DNA of 64,000 bases from an uncultured delta proteobacterium (lineage in GTDB: Bacteria > Myxococcota > Myxococcia > Myxococcales > Anaeromyxobacteraceae): the NCBI GenBank assembly GCA_963766715.1, contig CAVYBH010000008.1, positions 672,001 through 736,000 on the forward strand. The letters run 5' to 3'. This document shows positions 23,901 to 33,875 of this stretch, piece after piece. The translations under genes were made by a program, and so were the position numbers. The notes beneath the pieces are model-generated. The model was not told where the DNA came from. It made no database searches and saw only the letters and a program-made list of their open reading frames with translations. Position 1 is the stretch's first letter; each line of letters begins with the position of its first letter.

Positions 23901-24358
23901 CTCGCCGACGTCGCGAACGCCCACGAGGCCTTCTCGAACGCGCTGGGCGGCGGGGACCCGGCCACCCCGGTCTACACCGCCAGGCCCGGACAGCCCGTCC
24001 GGCTCCACCTCCTCGAGCCGTCCGGGTCGAACCGGGCCTCCACCTTCACCCTCCACGGCCACCTCTGGCAGCGCGCGCCGTACGTCTGCCCCGGCTCGTC
24101 GAAGGACGGCCTGGCCGGGAAGTGCAAGGCCACCGGCTTCTATCCCCCCTGGCCGGCGAGGTCGGCTCACGCGCCATCGGGACGAGCCCGCTCGAGATGT
24201 ACATGGGGGCGCAGGACCTGATGATGGCCGGCGCCCACTTCACGCTGCTCCTCCCCAGCGCGGGCGGCGCCAACAAGGTTCCCGGCGACTACCTGCTCAT
24301 GGACCGGGCCGGGTTCGGGACCACCGGCGGCCTCTGGTCGCTCCTGCGGGTCCAGTGA
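17906..24358 (+). CDS. mnxG: Giant MnxG-type multicopper oxidase (~2,100 aa reconstructed across many frameshifts)
   Basis: Cu motifs read across frames: FHAQGL (~18340), HHIFHLHNHQW (19980-20012), HCHFYPHFAQGM (20145-20180), QHIHLPKWD (~21336), THDHFGPSTHQQVGL (~21664), TLHGHLW (~24050). N-terminal signal-peptide-like segment; C-terminal GGLWSLLRVQ*. Start approximate. Confidence 0.8.
18760..19330 (+). repeat. Internal duplicated module within the multicopper oxidase
   Basis: IPLAQDP...AYTID (18808-18927) and IPLVQDP...AYTID (19009-19128), 201 nt apart. Identical 17-mer TCGCCTACACCATCGAT at 18911 and 19112. Confidence 0.75.
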
Positions 24359-26315
24359 CCGTGGACACGGCTCGGACTTCAGCGCTGGCCCTGGCGCTCT
24401 CCCTCGCGGCAGCCCTTTCCGCAGGGGACGCCGGGGCCGATGCCGCCGTTCCGGCGGCGGGAACCGGGCGCGTCGTCCGCGACGGCGTGGTGGTGGACTT
24501 CTCCATCCGGCCGTCCGGCGCCGGACGCAGCGCGCCGCTCGTGGAGGGGGAGTACGCCGAGGTCCGCTTCCGCATGACCGACGCCGCCAGCGGCCGGCCG
24601 GTGCCCGGGCTCAAGCCGGCCGCCTGGATGGACATGGCCGGGCGTCGTGCGGCGGCAAGGCCGGCGAGCAGCGGGCCTGCAAGGACAAGGTGGGGCTCTA
24701 CCTGCAAGGGCAGCGTGGGCATCCGGCCCATGGTCGACCTGAACAGCTACTACCTGCTGGTGCTCAACCAGGACGCCAGCATCTCGGTCATCGACCCGGT
24801 GGTGAGCATGACCGGGAGCACCAGCCTCTTCGCCACCGTGGTGCTGAAGCGCCCGGCGGCCGACTGGATCAAGAGCCTCGACCAGAAGCGGCTCTTCCTC
24901 TCGCATGCCGAGGCCGGCGAGGTGGCGGTGGTGGACGCCGAGACCTTCAAGGTCGTGGCGGCGATCCCGGCGGGCGCCGAGCCCATCCGCCTGGCGCTCC
25001 AGCCGGACGGGCGGCAGCTCTGGGTGGGCGACGACGCGCGGGAGCCCGGGAAGGGCGGCGTCACGGTGATCGACACCGAGACGCTCGAAGGTCGGTGGCG
25101 ACCATCCCCACCGGCCGCGGCCACCACGAGATCGCGCTCGCCGGGGACCGCGATCGCCTTCGTCACCAACCGTGACGTCGGGAACGGTCACCGCCATCGA
25201 CGCGCCGCGCTCGAGAAGGTGAAGGAGCTCGCCACCGGCCCGCTGCCCATCTCGGTGGCCTACTCGCCGCTCTCCGGCGCGATCTACGTCGCCGACGGGA
25301 AGAGCGGAGCATCGCGGTGATCGACCCCGCCCGCGCTCGAGGTGGTGGCCCGCATCGAGGCCAAGCCCGGGCTCGGCCCCATGCGCTTCACGCCAGGACG
25401 GCCGCTGGGGCTTCGCGGTGAACCCGACGGCGAGGACGGTCCACGTCGTCGACGCCGGCCGAGAACCAGCTCGTCCACGCCATCCCGCTCGACGGGCAGC
25501 CCTACCAGGTGAGCTTCACCCGGGCCTTCGCCTACGTGCGGCTGCTCGACTCCGAGCAGGTGAAGATGGTGAACCTGCTCTCCCTGGGGGCGACCGGAAG
25601 CCCATCGTCCAGACCTTCGCCGCCGGCACCGGCGCCCCGAAGCCGGCGGGCGACCTCTCCGCTGGCCGACTCCATCGCGCAGGCCGCCACCGAGGCCGCG
25701 GTCTTCGTCGTCAACCCGGCCGACGGCAACACCTACTTCTACATGGAGGGGATGAACGCCCCCATGGGCAGCTTCGGCAGCTACGGCCACGCGGCCGTGC
25801 CGTGGCGGTGGTGGATCGCAGCCTGAAGGAGGTCGAGCCGGGGGTCTACACGGGCAAGGTCCGCATCCCCGTGGCGGCCGCTACGACGTGGCCTTCCTGC
25901 TCGACAACCCGCGCATCCTCCACTGCTTCGCCGCCGAGGCGCGGGAGAATCCGCTGCTCCGCGGGGACGGGCGGTCCTGACGGCCGAGTACCTGGACCTG
26001 CCGCTGCGGGCGCCGAGGGCGCGCCGGTAGATCCGGGTCAAGCTGCTCGACGTCCGACGCCGGGCGCCGCGCGCCGGCCTCCGCGACGTGCAGGTGCTGC
26101 AGCACGCGCGCGCCGGCGGCCCGCGCGGCGAGGTGGTCGCCCGGCGAGGTGGGCGACGGCGTCTACGAGGCGCGGTCGTCCCGGGGCAGGCCGGCGTCCA
26201 CTACCTCTTCCTCTCCGTCCCATCGCAGAAGGCGAGACCGAACGACCTGCCGTTCCGGGGCATCCTCGTCGAGGGCCCTCCCACCGCAGGCTCGCACGCG
26301 GCCGGGCCCTCGTAG
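24355..26315 (+). CDS. Secreted YncE/YVTN-type beta-propeller protein (frameshifted)
   Basis: GTGA overlap with the oxidase stop; signal peptide; repeats ISVID, VAVVDAETFKVVAAIPAGAEP..LALQPDG, LATGPLPISVAYSP; YFYMEGMNAPMGSF. Confidence 0.75.
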
Positions 26316-26335
26316 CGGCCCGGCCGGAGAACCAC

Positions 26336-26981
26336 ATGGCACCGATCCTCCCCTCTCGTCCCCGCGGCCTCGTCGCCCTCGCTCCTCGCCGGCCCCGCCC
26401 GCGCCGAGAGGCCCCGCCCTGCCACGGCCCCGGGCCAACGCCGCCGCCGAGGCGCCAGCCGGCCGACGCCGGCAGCCCGCGTGGACGTGCCGGACGTGGC
26501 GCTCGTCGACCAGGACGGCAAGGCCGTCCGCGTCCGGTCGCTGCTCCAGGCCGGGAAGCCCGTGGTGGTGGGCTTCATCTTCACCACCTGCACCACCATG
26601 TGCCCGATGCTCTCGACCATCGTGGCCCGGGTCCAGGAGCGGCTCGGCGACCGGGTCGGGCGGGAGGTCTCGCTGGTCTCGATCTCGGTGGACCCGGGGC
26701 GCGACACGCCGGCCCGGCTCAAGGCCTACGCCGCCCGCCACCACGCCGGGCCGGGCTGGACCTGGCTCACCGGCGGGCGCGGCACGGTGGAGCAGGTGCT
26801 GCGGGGGATGGGCGCCTACACGCCGAACTTCGCCAACCACCCCCCATGGTCCTCGTGGGCGACGGGGCCGGGACCTGGACGCGGCTGAACGGCTTCCCCG
26901 CCAGGTGGCCATCGTGGCGCAGGTGGACGCCTATGCGCCGCGGCCGAACTGCCGGTCGCGACCTCGGCGAACGGGCCCTGA
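26336..26981 (+). CDS. SCO1/SenC-family copper chaperone 1 (frameshifted)
   Basis: LVDQDG, FIFTTCTTMCP (CxxxC), SISVDP.RDTP, WTWLTG, downstream His (ANHP). Confidence 0.85.
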
Positions 26982-26982
26982 C

Positions 26983-27604
26983 GTGGCCGCCGCCCTCGCC
27001 GCCGCCTCGTCCTCGCCCTCGCCCTGCCGGCGCGGCGGCCGAGCCCGCCGCCCCGGCGCCGCCGTCCCGCGAGGAGCGGGCCCGCGCCTACTTCACCGAC
27101 ACGCTGCTCCTCGACCAGGACGGCCGCGCGGTCCGCTTCTACTCCGACGTCCTCCAGGGAAACGTGGTGGTGGTGGACTTCATCTTCACCCGCTGCACCG
27201 GGGCCTGCCCCTCCTCACCCGGCGGATGAACGCCGTCCGGCGCGAGCTCGGCACCGCTTCGGCCGGGACGTCCGCTTCGTCTCCATCAGCGTCGACCCCG
27301 AGTACGACACCCCCAGGAGCTTCGCCGGTTCGCCGACAGGCAGGAGGCCTCCTTCTCCGGATGGACCTGGCTCACCGGGAAGAAGGAGGACGTGGACCGG
27401 GTCAAGGGGCGCCTGGGCGAGGTGGGGGAGAACCCCGGCGATCACTCCACGGGCTTCCTCGCCGCCAACGTGCGACGGGGCACTGGATCAAGATCCGGCC
27501 CGATGCCTCGCCGGCGATCGTCGCGGAGCAGGTGCGCGAGCTGGCCGACGAGGACGGGAAGCGGTGGGGCGCAGGGCGCCGCCGGGCCGACCGCGGCTCG
27601 CTGA
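26983..27604 (+). CDS. SCO1/SenC-family copper chaperone 2 (frameshifted)
   Basis: YFTDTLLLDQDG, FIFTRCTGACP (CxxxC), SISVDPEYDTP, WTWLTG, DHSTG. Boundaries approximate. Confidence 0.8.
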
Positions 27605-27626
27605 GCCTCCCCGCCCCGGCGCGGCC

Positions 27627-28371
27627 GTGGGCGCTCCTCGTCGGGGCGACCCTTCTCGTCGCGGCTCGCGGCCTGGTTCCTGCTGCGCGAGCCGGAGCCC
27701 CGCCGAGGCCAGCGCGCCGGCTCGCCGACCCGCGCCCACGGGGCCTGCCCGCGAGCCGATGCCGAGCGAGGTCGCCGATCCCGGCGAGGCCCGGCGGCTC
27801 GCCGAGCACCAGGAGCGGCGCGCCCGCTTCGAGGCGATGCGGGATGCGTTCGCCGCGGCGAGGGCGAGACGCCGGCGTCCCGCGCCCGGCTGGAGCCGGT
27901 GCTCCGGGCCCTCTGGCCGGCCCGGCCCGCGCCTACCGGGTCGCCTGCCGGGCCTCGCTCTGCCGCGTCGAGCTCCCCGCCCCGCCGCAGGCGCCACGTG
28001 CGGCGCTCGCTGGCGACCCGGACGTGCGGGCCTCGCGGAGGGCGTCTTCCTCGATCCGGACGGCATGGACCCGGCCGGCTACGTGCTGCTCGCGCCCCTG
28101 ACGCGTCCCCCGGGGAGGACCTGCTCGGCCGGCGTGGAGCAGGAGTTCCTCCGGTCGCGCGACGCCCGGGAGTGCCTCTCCCGCGCGGCGCCGTCGGGTA
28201 GGTCGAGTACGAGCTGCGCGTGGACGTCTCCGGCATCACCTACCGTTCCCGGACCGACCTCCCGCGCCCGGTGCTGGATTGCGTCGACGAGGAGCTCGAC
28301 GGGATCATCGTCACCACGGCATCCCCCGCGACGTGAAGACCGCCTCCCGGACCTTCGGGCTGCGACGGTGA
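27627..28371 (+). CDS. Hypothetical Cys-containing membrane-anchored protein (frameshifted)
   Basis: Coding-like fragments across frames: hydrophobic N-terminus, YRVACRASLCRVELP, EQEFLRSRDARECL, YELRVDVSGITYRSRTDLPRPVLDCVDEEL...FGLRR*. Confidence 0.4.
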
Positions 28372-29953
28372 GGCCGCCCTGGCCCCGCCCCCCACGATCC
28401 GCTCCTCGCCGCCCTGGCGCTCCTCGCCGCCGCGCCGGCCGGGGCCCCCGATCTCACTCCCGTGAACAGGCCGGGAAGCGGATCTACCTCACCGGGGAGA
28501 GCCCGTCCGGCGGCGAGATCGTCGTGAAGCTCGGCCGCGACGGCTCCACCCTCCCCGGCACGGTGGCGCCCTGCGGGAGCTGCCACGGGGCCGACGGGCA
28601 GGGGCGACCCGAGGGAGGGGTGCGTCCCTCCGCCGTCGTCTGGTCGGAGCTCGCGAAGCCTTACGGCCATCCCACCCCGGCGGCCGCAAGCACCCTCCGT
28701 TCACCGACGCGACCCTGGCCCGGGCGCTGCGCGACGGGCTGGATCCGGCCGGGAACCCGCTCGACGTCTCGATGCCGCGCTCGCGATCTCCGACGAGGAC
28801 CTGGGGAGCCTCCTCGCCTACCTCCGCCGGCTGGAGGAGGACCTCGACCCCGGCATCGGCGCCGACACCCTGCGCATCGGCACGGTGCTGCCCACGTCCG
28901 GTGTGCTCGCCGACGTGGGCCTCCCCATGCGCGCCGTGCTGTCCGGCTGGTTCGACGCGCTCAACCGGCGCGGCGGGGTGCACGGCCGCAAGGTGGAGCT
29001 CGTGGTGGCCGGGTACGACTCCGACCGGCCGAACGGCGTCGAGGCTGCCCGGGAGCTCCTCCGGGAAGGACGGCCGTCTTCGCGCTCGTCTCCGGCTTCT
29101 TCCCGGCCGCCGAGCCGGAGGTGGCGGCGCTCGTCGGCGAGGCGCGCGTCCCCATGGTCGGCCCGTTCAGCCTGTTCGCCCGGAACGACGACGCGCCGGG
29201 CGCCTGGATCTTCCACCCGTCCGGCGGCCTCCGGGAGCAGGCCCGGGTCGCTCGCGGCCTTCGCGGTGCGGGATCTCGGGGCCGCGCCGAGGCGGATGGC
29301 GGTGGTCCACGCGCCGGGGCACCCTACGCCGAGGCGGCCGGCGCGCGGCCGAGGACCTCCCGTCGCGGTGCGGACGCAGCCGAGGTCTCTGCTCGCCCGG
29401 ACGCCGAGGGCGGGTCGCAGGGCGACTGCGAAGGGCGGCTTCGGCCGCGGTCATCGTCCTCGCCGGGGACGCGGAGCTCGAGGCCCTGGCACGCGAGCTC
29501 GCCGGTTCCGGCGGCTCCGCCTTCCCTGCTCGCGGCCGGGACGCTCTCCGGGCGGGTCGCCACGCAGGTGGCCGGGAGCTACGGTGGCAGGCTCTTCCTG
29601 GCCTTTCCGGGCTCTCCGTCGGACGAGACCGCCCTGCCGCGCAGGAGCTCGCGCGCCTGCGGGAGGCCGCGGGCACCGCCGGGCGTTCCCGCGCCTCGCA
29701 GGCCTCGGCGGTGGTGGACGCGCTGGTGCTCGTGGAGGGGCTGAAGCGGGCCGGCAGGGCCCTCAGCCGCGAGAAGCTCGTGGCCAGCCTGGAGGCCCTC
29801 CACGCCTTCGAGACCGGGCTCGCCCCTCCGGTCACCTTCGGCCCCGACCGGCGGGTCGGCTCGTTCGGCGGGTACGTCGTGGGGGTGGACCCGGCCGCAA
29901 GGGCCTTCCGCCCGTTCGGCGGCTGGATCCCGCTCGAACCGCTCCCGCCCTAG
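28368..29953 (+). CDS. Cytochrome c - type 1 periplasmic binding protein (LivK-like) fusion (frameshifted)
   Basis: Signal peptide; GKRIYLTG...APCGSCHGADGQG (CxxCH, ~28572) and a later MPR; then LRIGTVLP, LNRRGGVHGRKVELVV, LVEGLKRAG.ALSREKLVASLE, PVTFGPDRR. Confidence 0.75.
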
Positions 29954-31820
29954 CTCCGGGTCGGCGGCGCCGCCAGCCATCTCGACCGGTGGCCGGGCGC
30001 ATCCCGGCGTCGAGCCGCTGGCCCGGGCGGAGCCGACCGGTGCGGCGCAGCGCCTCCTCGATGAGGGGGCGGCTCCTCGGATCGCCCCAGCGGATGAGCG
30101 CCTTCTGCGTCCGCTTCTCCTTCATGTCGCGGACCACGTGGACCGGCTTCCCGCTCATGGGGTGGTAGCCCGACCACTGGATGTCGCTCGCGAGCGTCAT
30201 GGGCGTGGGCATGAAGTCCTGCACCTGCTGGGGCTTCCAGCGGTTCTTCTGGAGGTACTCCATGAGCTGGACGGCGTGCTCGGTGGTGGCCCCGGGGTGG
30301 GAGGAGATGAAGTAGGGGACCAGGTACTGCTCCTTGCCCGCCTTCCGCGAGTAGCGCTGGAACTCCTCGCGGAACCGCTCGAACTCCCCCGGCCCGGGCT
30401 TCTTCATCACCTGGAGCACGTCCTCGCAGACGTGCTCGGGCGCCACCTTGAGCTGTCCGGAGACGTGGTGGCCGATGAGCTCCTCGAGGTACCGCTGCCC
30501 GTTCTTCTCGTCGTGGTGGGCGAGGTCGTAGCGGAGCCCGGAGCCGACGAAGGCGTGCTTCACGCCCTTCACTGCGCGTGCACTGCGGTAGAGGTCGACG
30601 AGGGGCCCGTGATCCACGGCGAAGAACTGGCACACCGTGGGGTAGACGCAGGAGGCCCTCCGGCAGGCGGCGTGGGCCTCGGCGCTCGTGCACCCCATCT
30701 GCCACATGTTGGCGGTGGCGCCGCCCAGGTCGGTGATGGTCCCTCGGAACTTCGGGTCCTTCGTGAGGGTCTCGATCTCGCGCACCACGCTCCCGTGGCT
30801 GCGGGAGGAGATGTCGCGCCCCTGGTGCTCGGTGATGCAGCAGAAGGCGCATCCCGCCGCGCACCCGCGCAGGATGGAGACGCTCCACCGGATCTGCTCG
30901 AGGGCCGGGATGTGGGCGCCGCGATAGCTGGGGTGGGCCTCGCGCGCGAAGGGCAGCTCGTGGATCGCGTCGAGCTCCGCGGTGGTGGGCGGCGGCATGG
31001 GCTCGTTCACGACCACGTGCCGCTCGGCCTTGCCGCGGCCGTGGCGCTGCACCATCACCCGCGCGTTCTCGTGGTTGTGCTCGAGGTGGTAGAGCTTCGA
31101 GAAGAAGGCGAAGGCGCGCTTGTCCTGCGCCACCTCCTCGAAGGCCGGGAGCACGAGCGTCTTGCGGGCCCTCCCCTCGAGCCCGGCCAGCGCCAGGTCG
31201 GGCACGGCGACCGCGGTTCCCGGGACGTCGACCAGCCCGCAGACGTCCTCGCCCGAGGCCAGCCGCCGGGCGATCTCGACGATGGGCTTCTCTCCCTGCC
31301 CGTAGACGAGCAGGTCGGCGCCGCTGTCGACGAGCACCGACGGGCGCACCCGGTCGTCCCAGTAGTCGTAGTGGGCGATGCGCCGCAGCGAGGCCTCGAC
31401 GCCTCCGAGGACGATGGGCATCGCCGGGCCGAAGGCCTCCCGGGCGAGCCGCGCGTAGACCGATATCGCCCGGTCGGGGCGCCTGCCCGCCTCGCCGCCC
31501 GGAGTGTAGGCGTCGTCGGAGCGGGGGCGCTTGTGCGCCGTGTAGTGGTTCACGAGCGAGTCCATGGCCCCCGCGGTGATCCCCACGAAGAGCCGGGGAC
31601 GCCCCAGCCGAAGCAGGTCGGCGGTGCCGCGCCAGTCGGGCTGCGCCACCACGCCCACGCGGAAACCGCGCGCTTCCAGGACCCGGCCAATCACCGAGGC
31701 CCCGAAGGCCGGGTGATCCACGTAGGCGTCCCCGGTGACCAGGAGGACGTCGATCCCCGGCCAGCCGCGCTCGGCGACCTCGTCGGGGTACATGGGCAGG
31801 AAGGCGGGGCGCGTATCCAC
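29950..31820 (-). CDS. ygiQ: YgiQ/UPF0313-family radical SAM protein
   Basis: VTGDAYVDHPAFG, AGAMDSLVNHYT, GGVEASLRRIAHYDYW, RGCAAGCAFC, SGQLKVAPEH, YFISSHPG, QVQDFMPTP. Probable frameshift near the 3' end. Confidence 0.92.
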
Positions 31821-31867
31821 GCGCCATACATGGCCCCACGTCGCCCCGCGATCAAGCCCGCCTGCTT

Positions 31868-31895
31868 TTGACGCCCCGTCTGCCGGCGGTATGAT
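31868..31895 (+). promoter_or_regulatory. Putative sigma70-type promoter
   Basis: TTGACG, N16, TATGAT, upstream of ATG 31923. Confidence 0.55.
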
Positions 31896-31922
31896 CGAAC
31901 GATTCCCCCTGCGCGAACGACC

Positions 31923-32933
31923 ATGACCGACATCCAGGACCCCAAGACCGAGCTCGCAGCCCTCGACGAGAAGCTGCGAAGCGTCGGTCTCACGCCGGAC
32001 GAGCAGGTGCGCCGGGAGGAGCTCCAGCGCCTCGGCGCGGAGGACCCCGGCACGGCGCCGATCCCCTTCTCCTCCAGCTTCGAGGGGTGGGGAGCCGCGC
32101 CCGCCGCCGGCGAGCCGGTCGCCGTCGGGTTGCCGTTCCCGGAGCCGCTGCCCGACGACGCCTCGGCGGTCCTGTGGGACCGGGGACCGGTCGAGGCGCC
32201 GCCTCCCCTCCCTCCGCCCGACCCGGACTTCGCCGGAGTGGTCGTCGAGGTCCCGGAGGAGGAGATCGTCCCGGAGATCTCCTCGGAGGACCTGGAGGAG
32301 GTCGTCGAGGTCGTGGAGCCCGTCGATCCCGCGGAGCCGGCGGGAGAGCGGGTCGAGGTGGAGGCGGTGTCCTGGGTCGACGAGGAGCCGCGCCCCGACG
32401 AGGTGGTGTCGCTCGACGCCCTGCTGGTCACGCCCCCGCCCGTTCACGCCGAGTCGCTGGCCCCGCCGCTCCCTCCCCCCAGCCCGACGCCGCCCCCCAT
32501 CCCGCACCCGGTGGAGGAGGCGGCCGGAGCGGAGGAGGCGGTCAATCCGTTCGCGCCCTCGCCGTCGTTCGTGTCCGGTGAGCACCGCATCGTCCTCCAC
32601 ACCATCGCGGGACAGGTCCTGCGGGGATCGCTCGCCAACGTGGATCTCGAGGACCCCGAGCTCCCCATGATCCAGCCCAACGGCGCGGTGGCGCGCGTCC
32701 CGGCTGCCCACGTGAAGGCCATCTTCTTCATGCTCCCGGCCGGCGGCCAGGCGCCCCAGGCCGCGGGAACGCGGGTCCGGGTCACCTTCGCGGACGGGCG
32801 CCAGGTGTCCGGGCTCGCGCCCGACTACTCACCGGCCTCGGTGGGCTTCTTCGTCCTGCCCATCGACACGCGGACCCACACGTCGCGGGTCTGGGTGTAC
32901 CGCACCGCCATCCGGCAGATCTCGGTCGGCTAG
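31923..32933 (+). CDS. Hypothetical protein: acidic/Pro-rich disordered N-region plus C-terminal DUF6982-like domain
   Basis: Low-complexity E/P/V region followed by HRIVLHT...KAIFFML...VRVTFADGRQVSG...GFFVLP. Confidence 0.7.
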   Translation: MTDIQDPKTELAALDEKLRSVGLTPDEQVRREELQRLGAEDPGTAPIPFSSSFEGWGAAPAAGEPVAVGLPFPEPLPDDASAVLWDRGPVEAPPPLPPPDPDFAGVVVEVPEEEIVPEISSEDLEEVVEVVEPVDPAEPAGERVEVEAVSWVDEEPRPDEVVSLDALLVTPPPVHAESLAPPLPPPSPTPPPIPHPVEEAAGAEEAVNPFAPSPSFVSGEHRIVLHTIAGQVLRGSLANVDLEDPELPMIQPNGAVARVPAAHVKAIFFMLPAGGQAPQAAGTRVRVTFADGRQVSGLAPDYSPASVGFFVLPIDTRTHTSRVWVYRTAIRQISVG

Positions 32934-32938
32934 CGGCG

Positions 32939-33649
32939 TCAGTTGAGCCAGCGCCGGTCCGGATCCCGGTCGGCGTGGATGACCTCGAATCGCCCGCGCT
33001 TGCGGAGTCGCGGCAGCTTCACGCGCCTGAGCCAGCGCCCCGGCCCCCGCCCGCTCACCCAGGCCCACGCCACGCCCTCGGCGAGGAGATGGGGCACGAA
33101 CAGGACCACGCCGCCGAAGAGGGCGAAGAGCACCGTGCCGCCCACGGTGATCCAGAGGAGCGCCTGGCCGGAGACCGGCACCGCGAAGAAGAGCAGGATC
33201 TGGCGGAACGGGTGGAGGAGCGCCCAGGCCACGATGAGCGCGTCGAGCGCCGCCCAGAATCCGGTGAAGCGGCCGGCGGCGAGCTCCGGCCAGGCCAGCG
33301 CGAGGAGGCAGGCCAGCGCGCCGGCGGCTGCGGCGACGCCGAAGTAGGTGGCGAGGAAGCGGCGCTCGCCCCACGCGTCGACGAGGTCGCGGCCGAACCA
33401 GTAGAGGACCAGTCCGCCGAAGAGCAGGTTGAGCGGCTCGGTCTCGACGAGCACCCAGGTGACGAGCCGCCACACCTGGCCGTGCCACACCGCCGCGGGC
33501 TCCAGCACGGCGAGCCGCAGGAGCGGTACCCCGTTGCGCTCCCCGACCACGGAGACGAGGCTCGCCACCACCGTGGCCGCGATGAGCCCCCCGACGGCGG
33601 CGGGGACGCGCCCCCCGAAGGCGAACGGGTTTCCGGCGCGACGCGACAT
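32939..33649 (-). CDS. Rhomboid-superfamily membrane protein
   Basis: GQVWRLVTW, LNLLFGGLVLYWFGRDL...WGERRFL, multiple TM helices, terminal WLN. Confidence 0.75.
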   Translation of the reverse strand: MSRRAGNPFAFGGRVPAAVGGLIAATVVASLVSVVGERNGVPLLRLAVLEPAAVWHGQVWRLVTWVLVETEPLNLLFGGLVLYWFGRDLVDAWGERRFLATYFGVAAAAGALACLLALAWPELAAGRFTGFWAALDALIVAWALLHPFRQILLFFAVPVSGQALLWITVGGTVLFALFGGVVLFVPHLLAEGVAWAWVSGRGPGRWLRRVKLPRLRKRGRFEVIHADRDPDRRWLN

Positions 33650-33659
33650 CCCCGGACCC

Positions 33660-33854
33660 CTACGCCGCCCGTTCCCGGAAGAAGAGGATGATCGTCAGGC
33701 AGTGGAACTGCTTGTCCGAGGAGAGCGTGACCGTCTTGTCGACGATCTCGAGCTCGGGGTGCTTCGCCATCCAGCCGTTGATGGTGTCGGTCATGGCGTC
33801 CCGATCCCGCGCCAGCGTCGCCGAGAACACCTTGCACCCCGTGAACTTCTCCAT
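33660..33854 (-). CDS. Small conserved hypothetical protein
   Basis: MEKFTGCKVFSATLARDRDAM...IVDKTVTLSSDKQFHCLTIILFF; RBS GAGG; strong codon bias. Confidence 0.75.
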   Translation of the reverse strand: MEKFTGCKVFSATLARDRDAMTDTINGWMAKHPELEIVDKTVTLSSDKQFHCLTIILFFRERAA

Positions 33855-33875
33855 GGTCGCCACCTCGCCCCGAGC

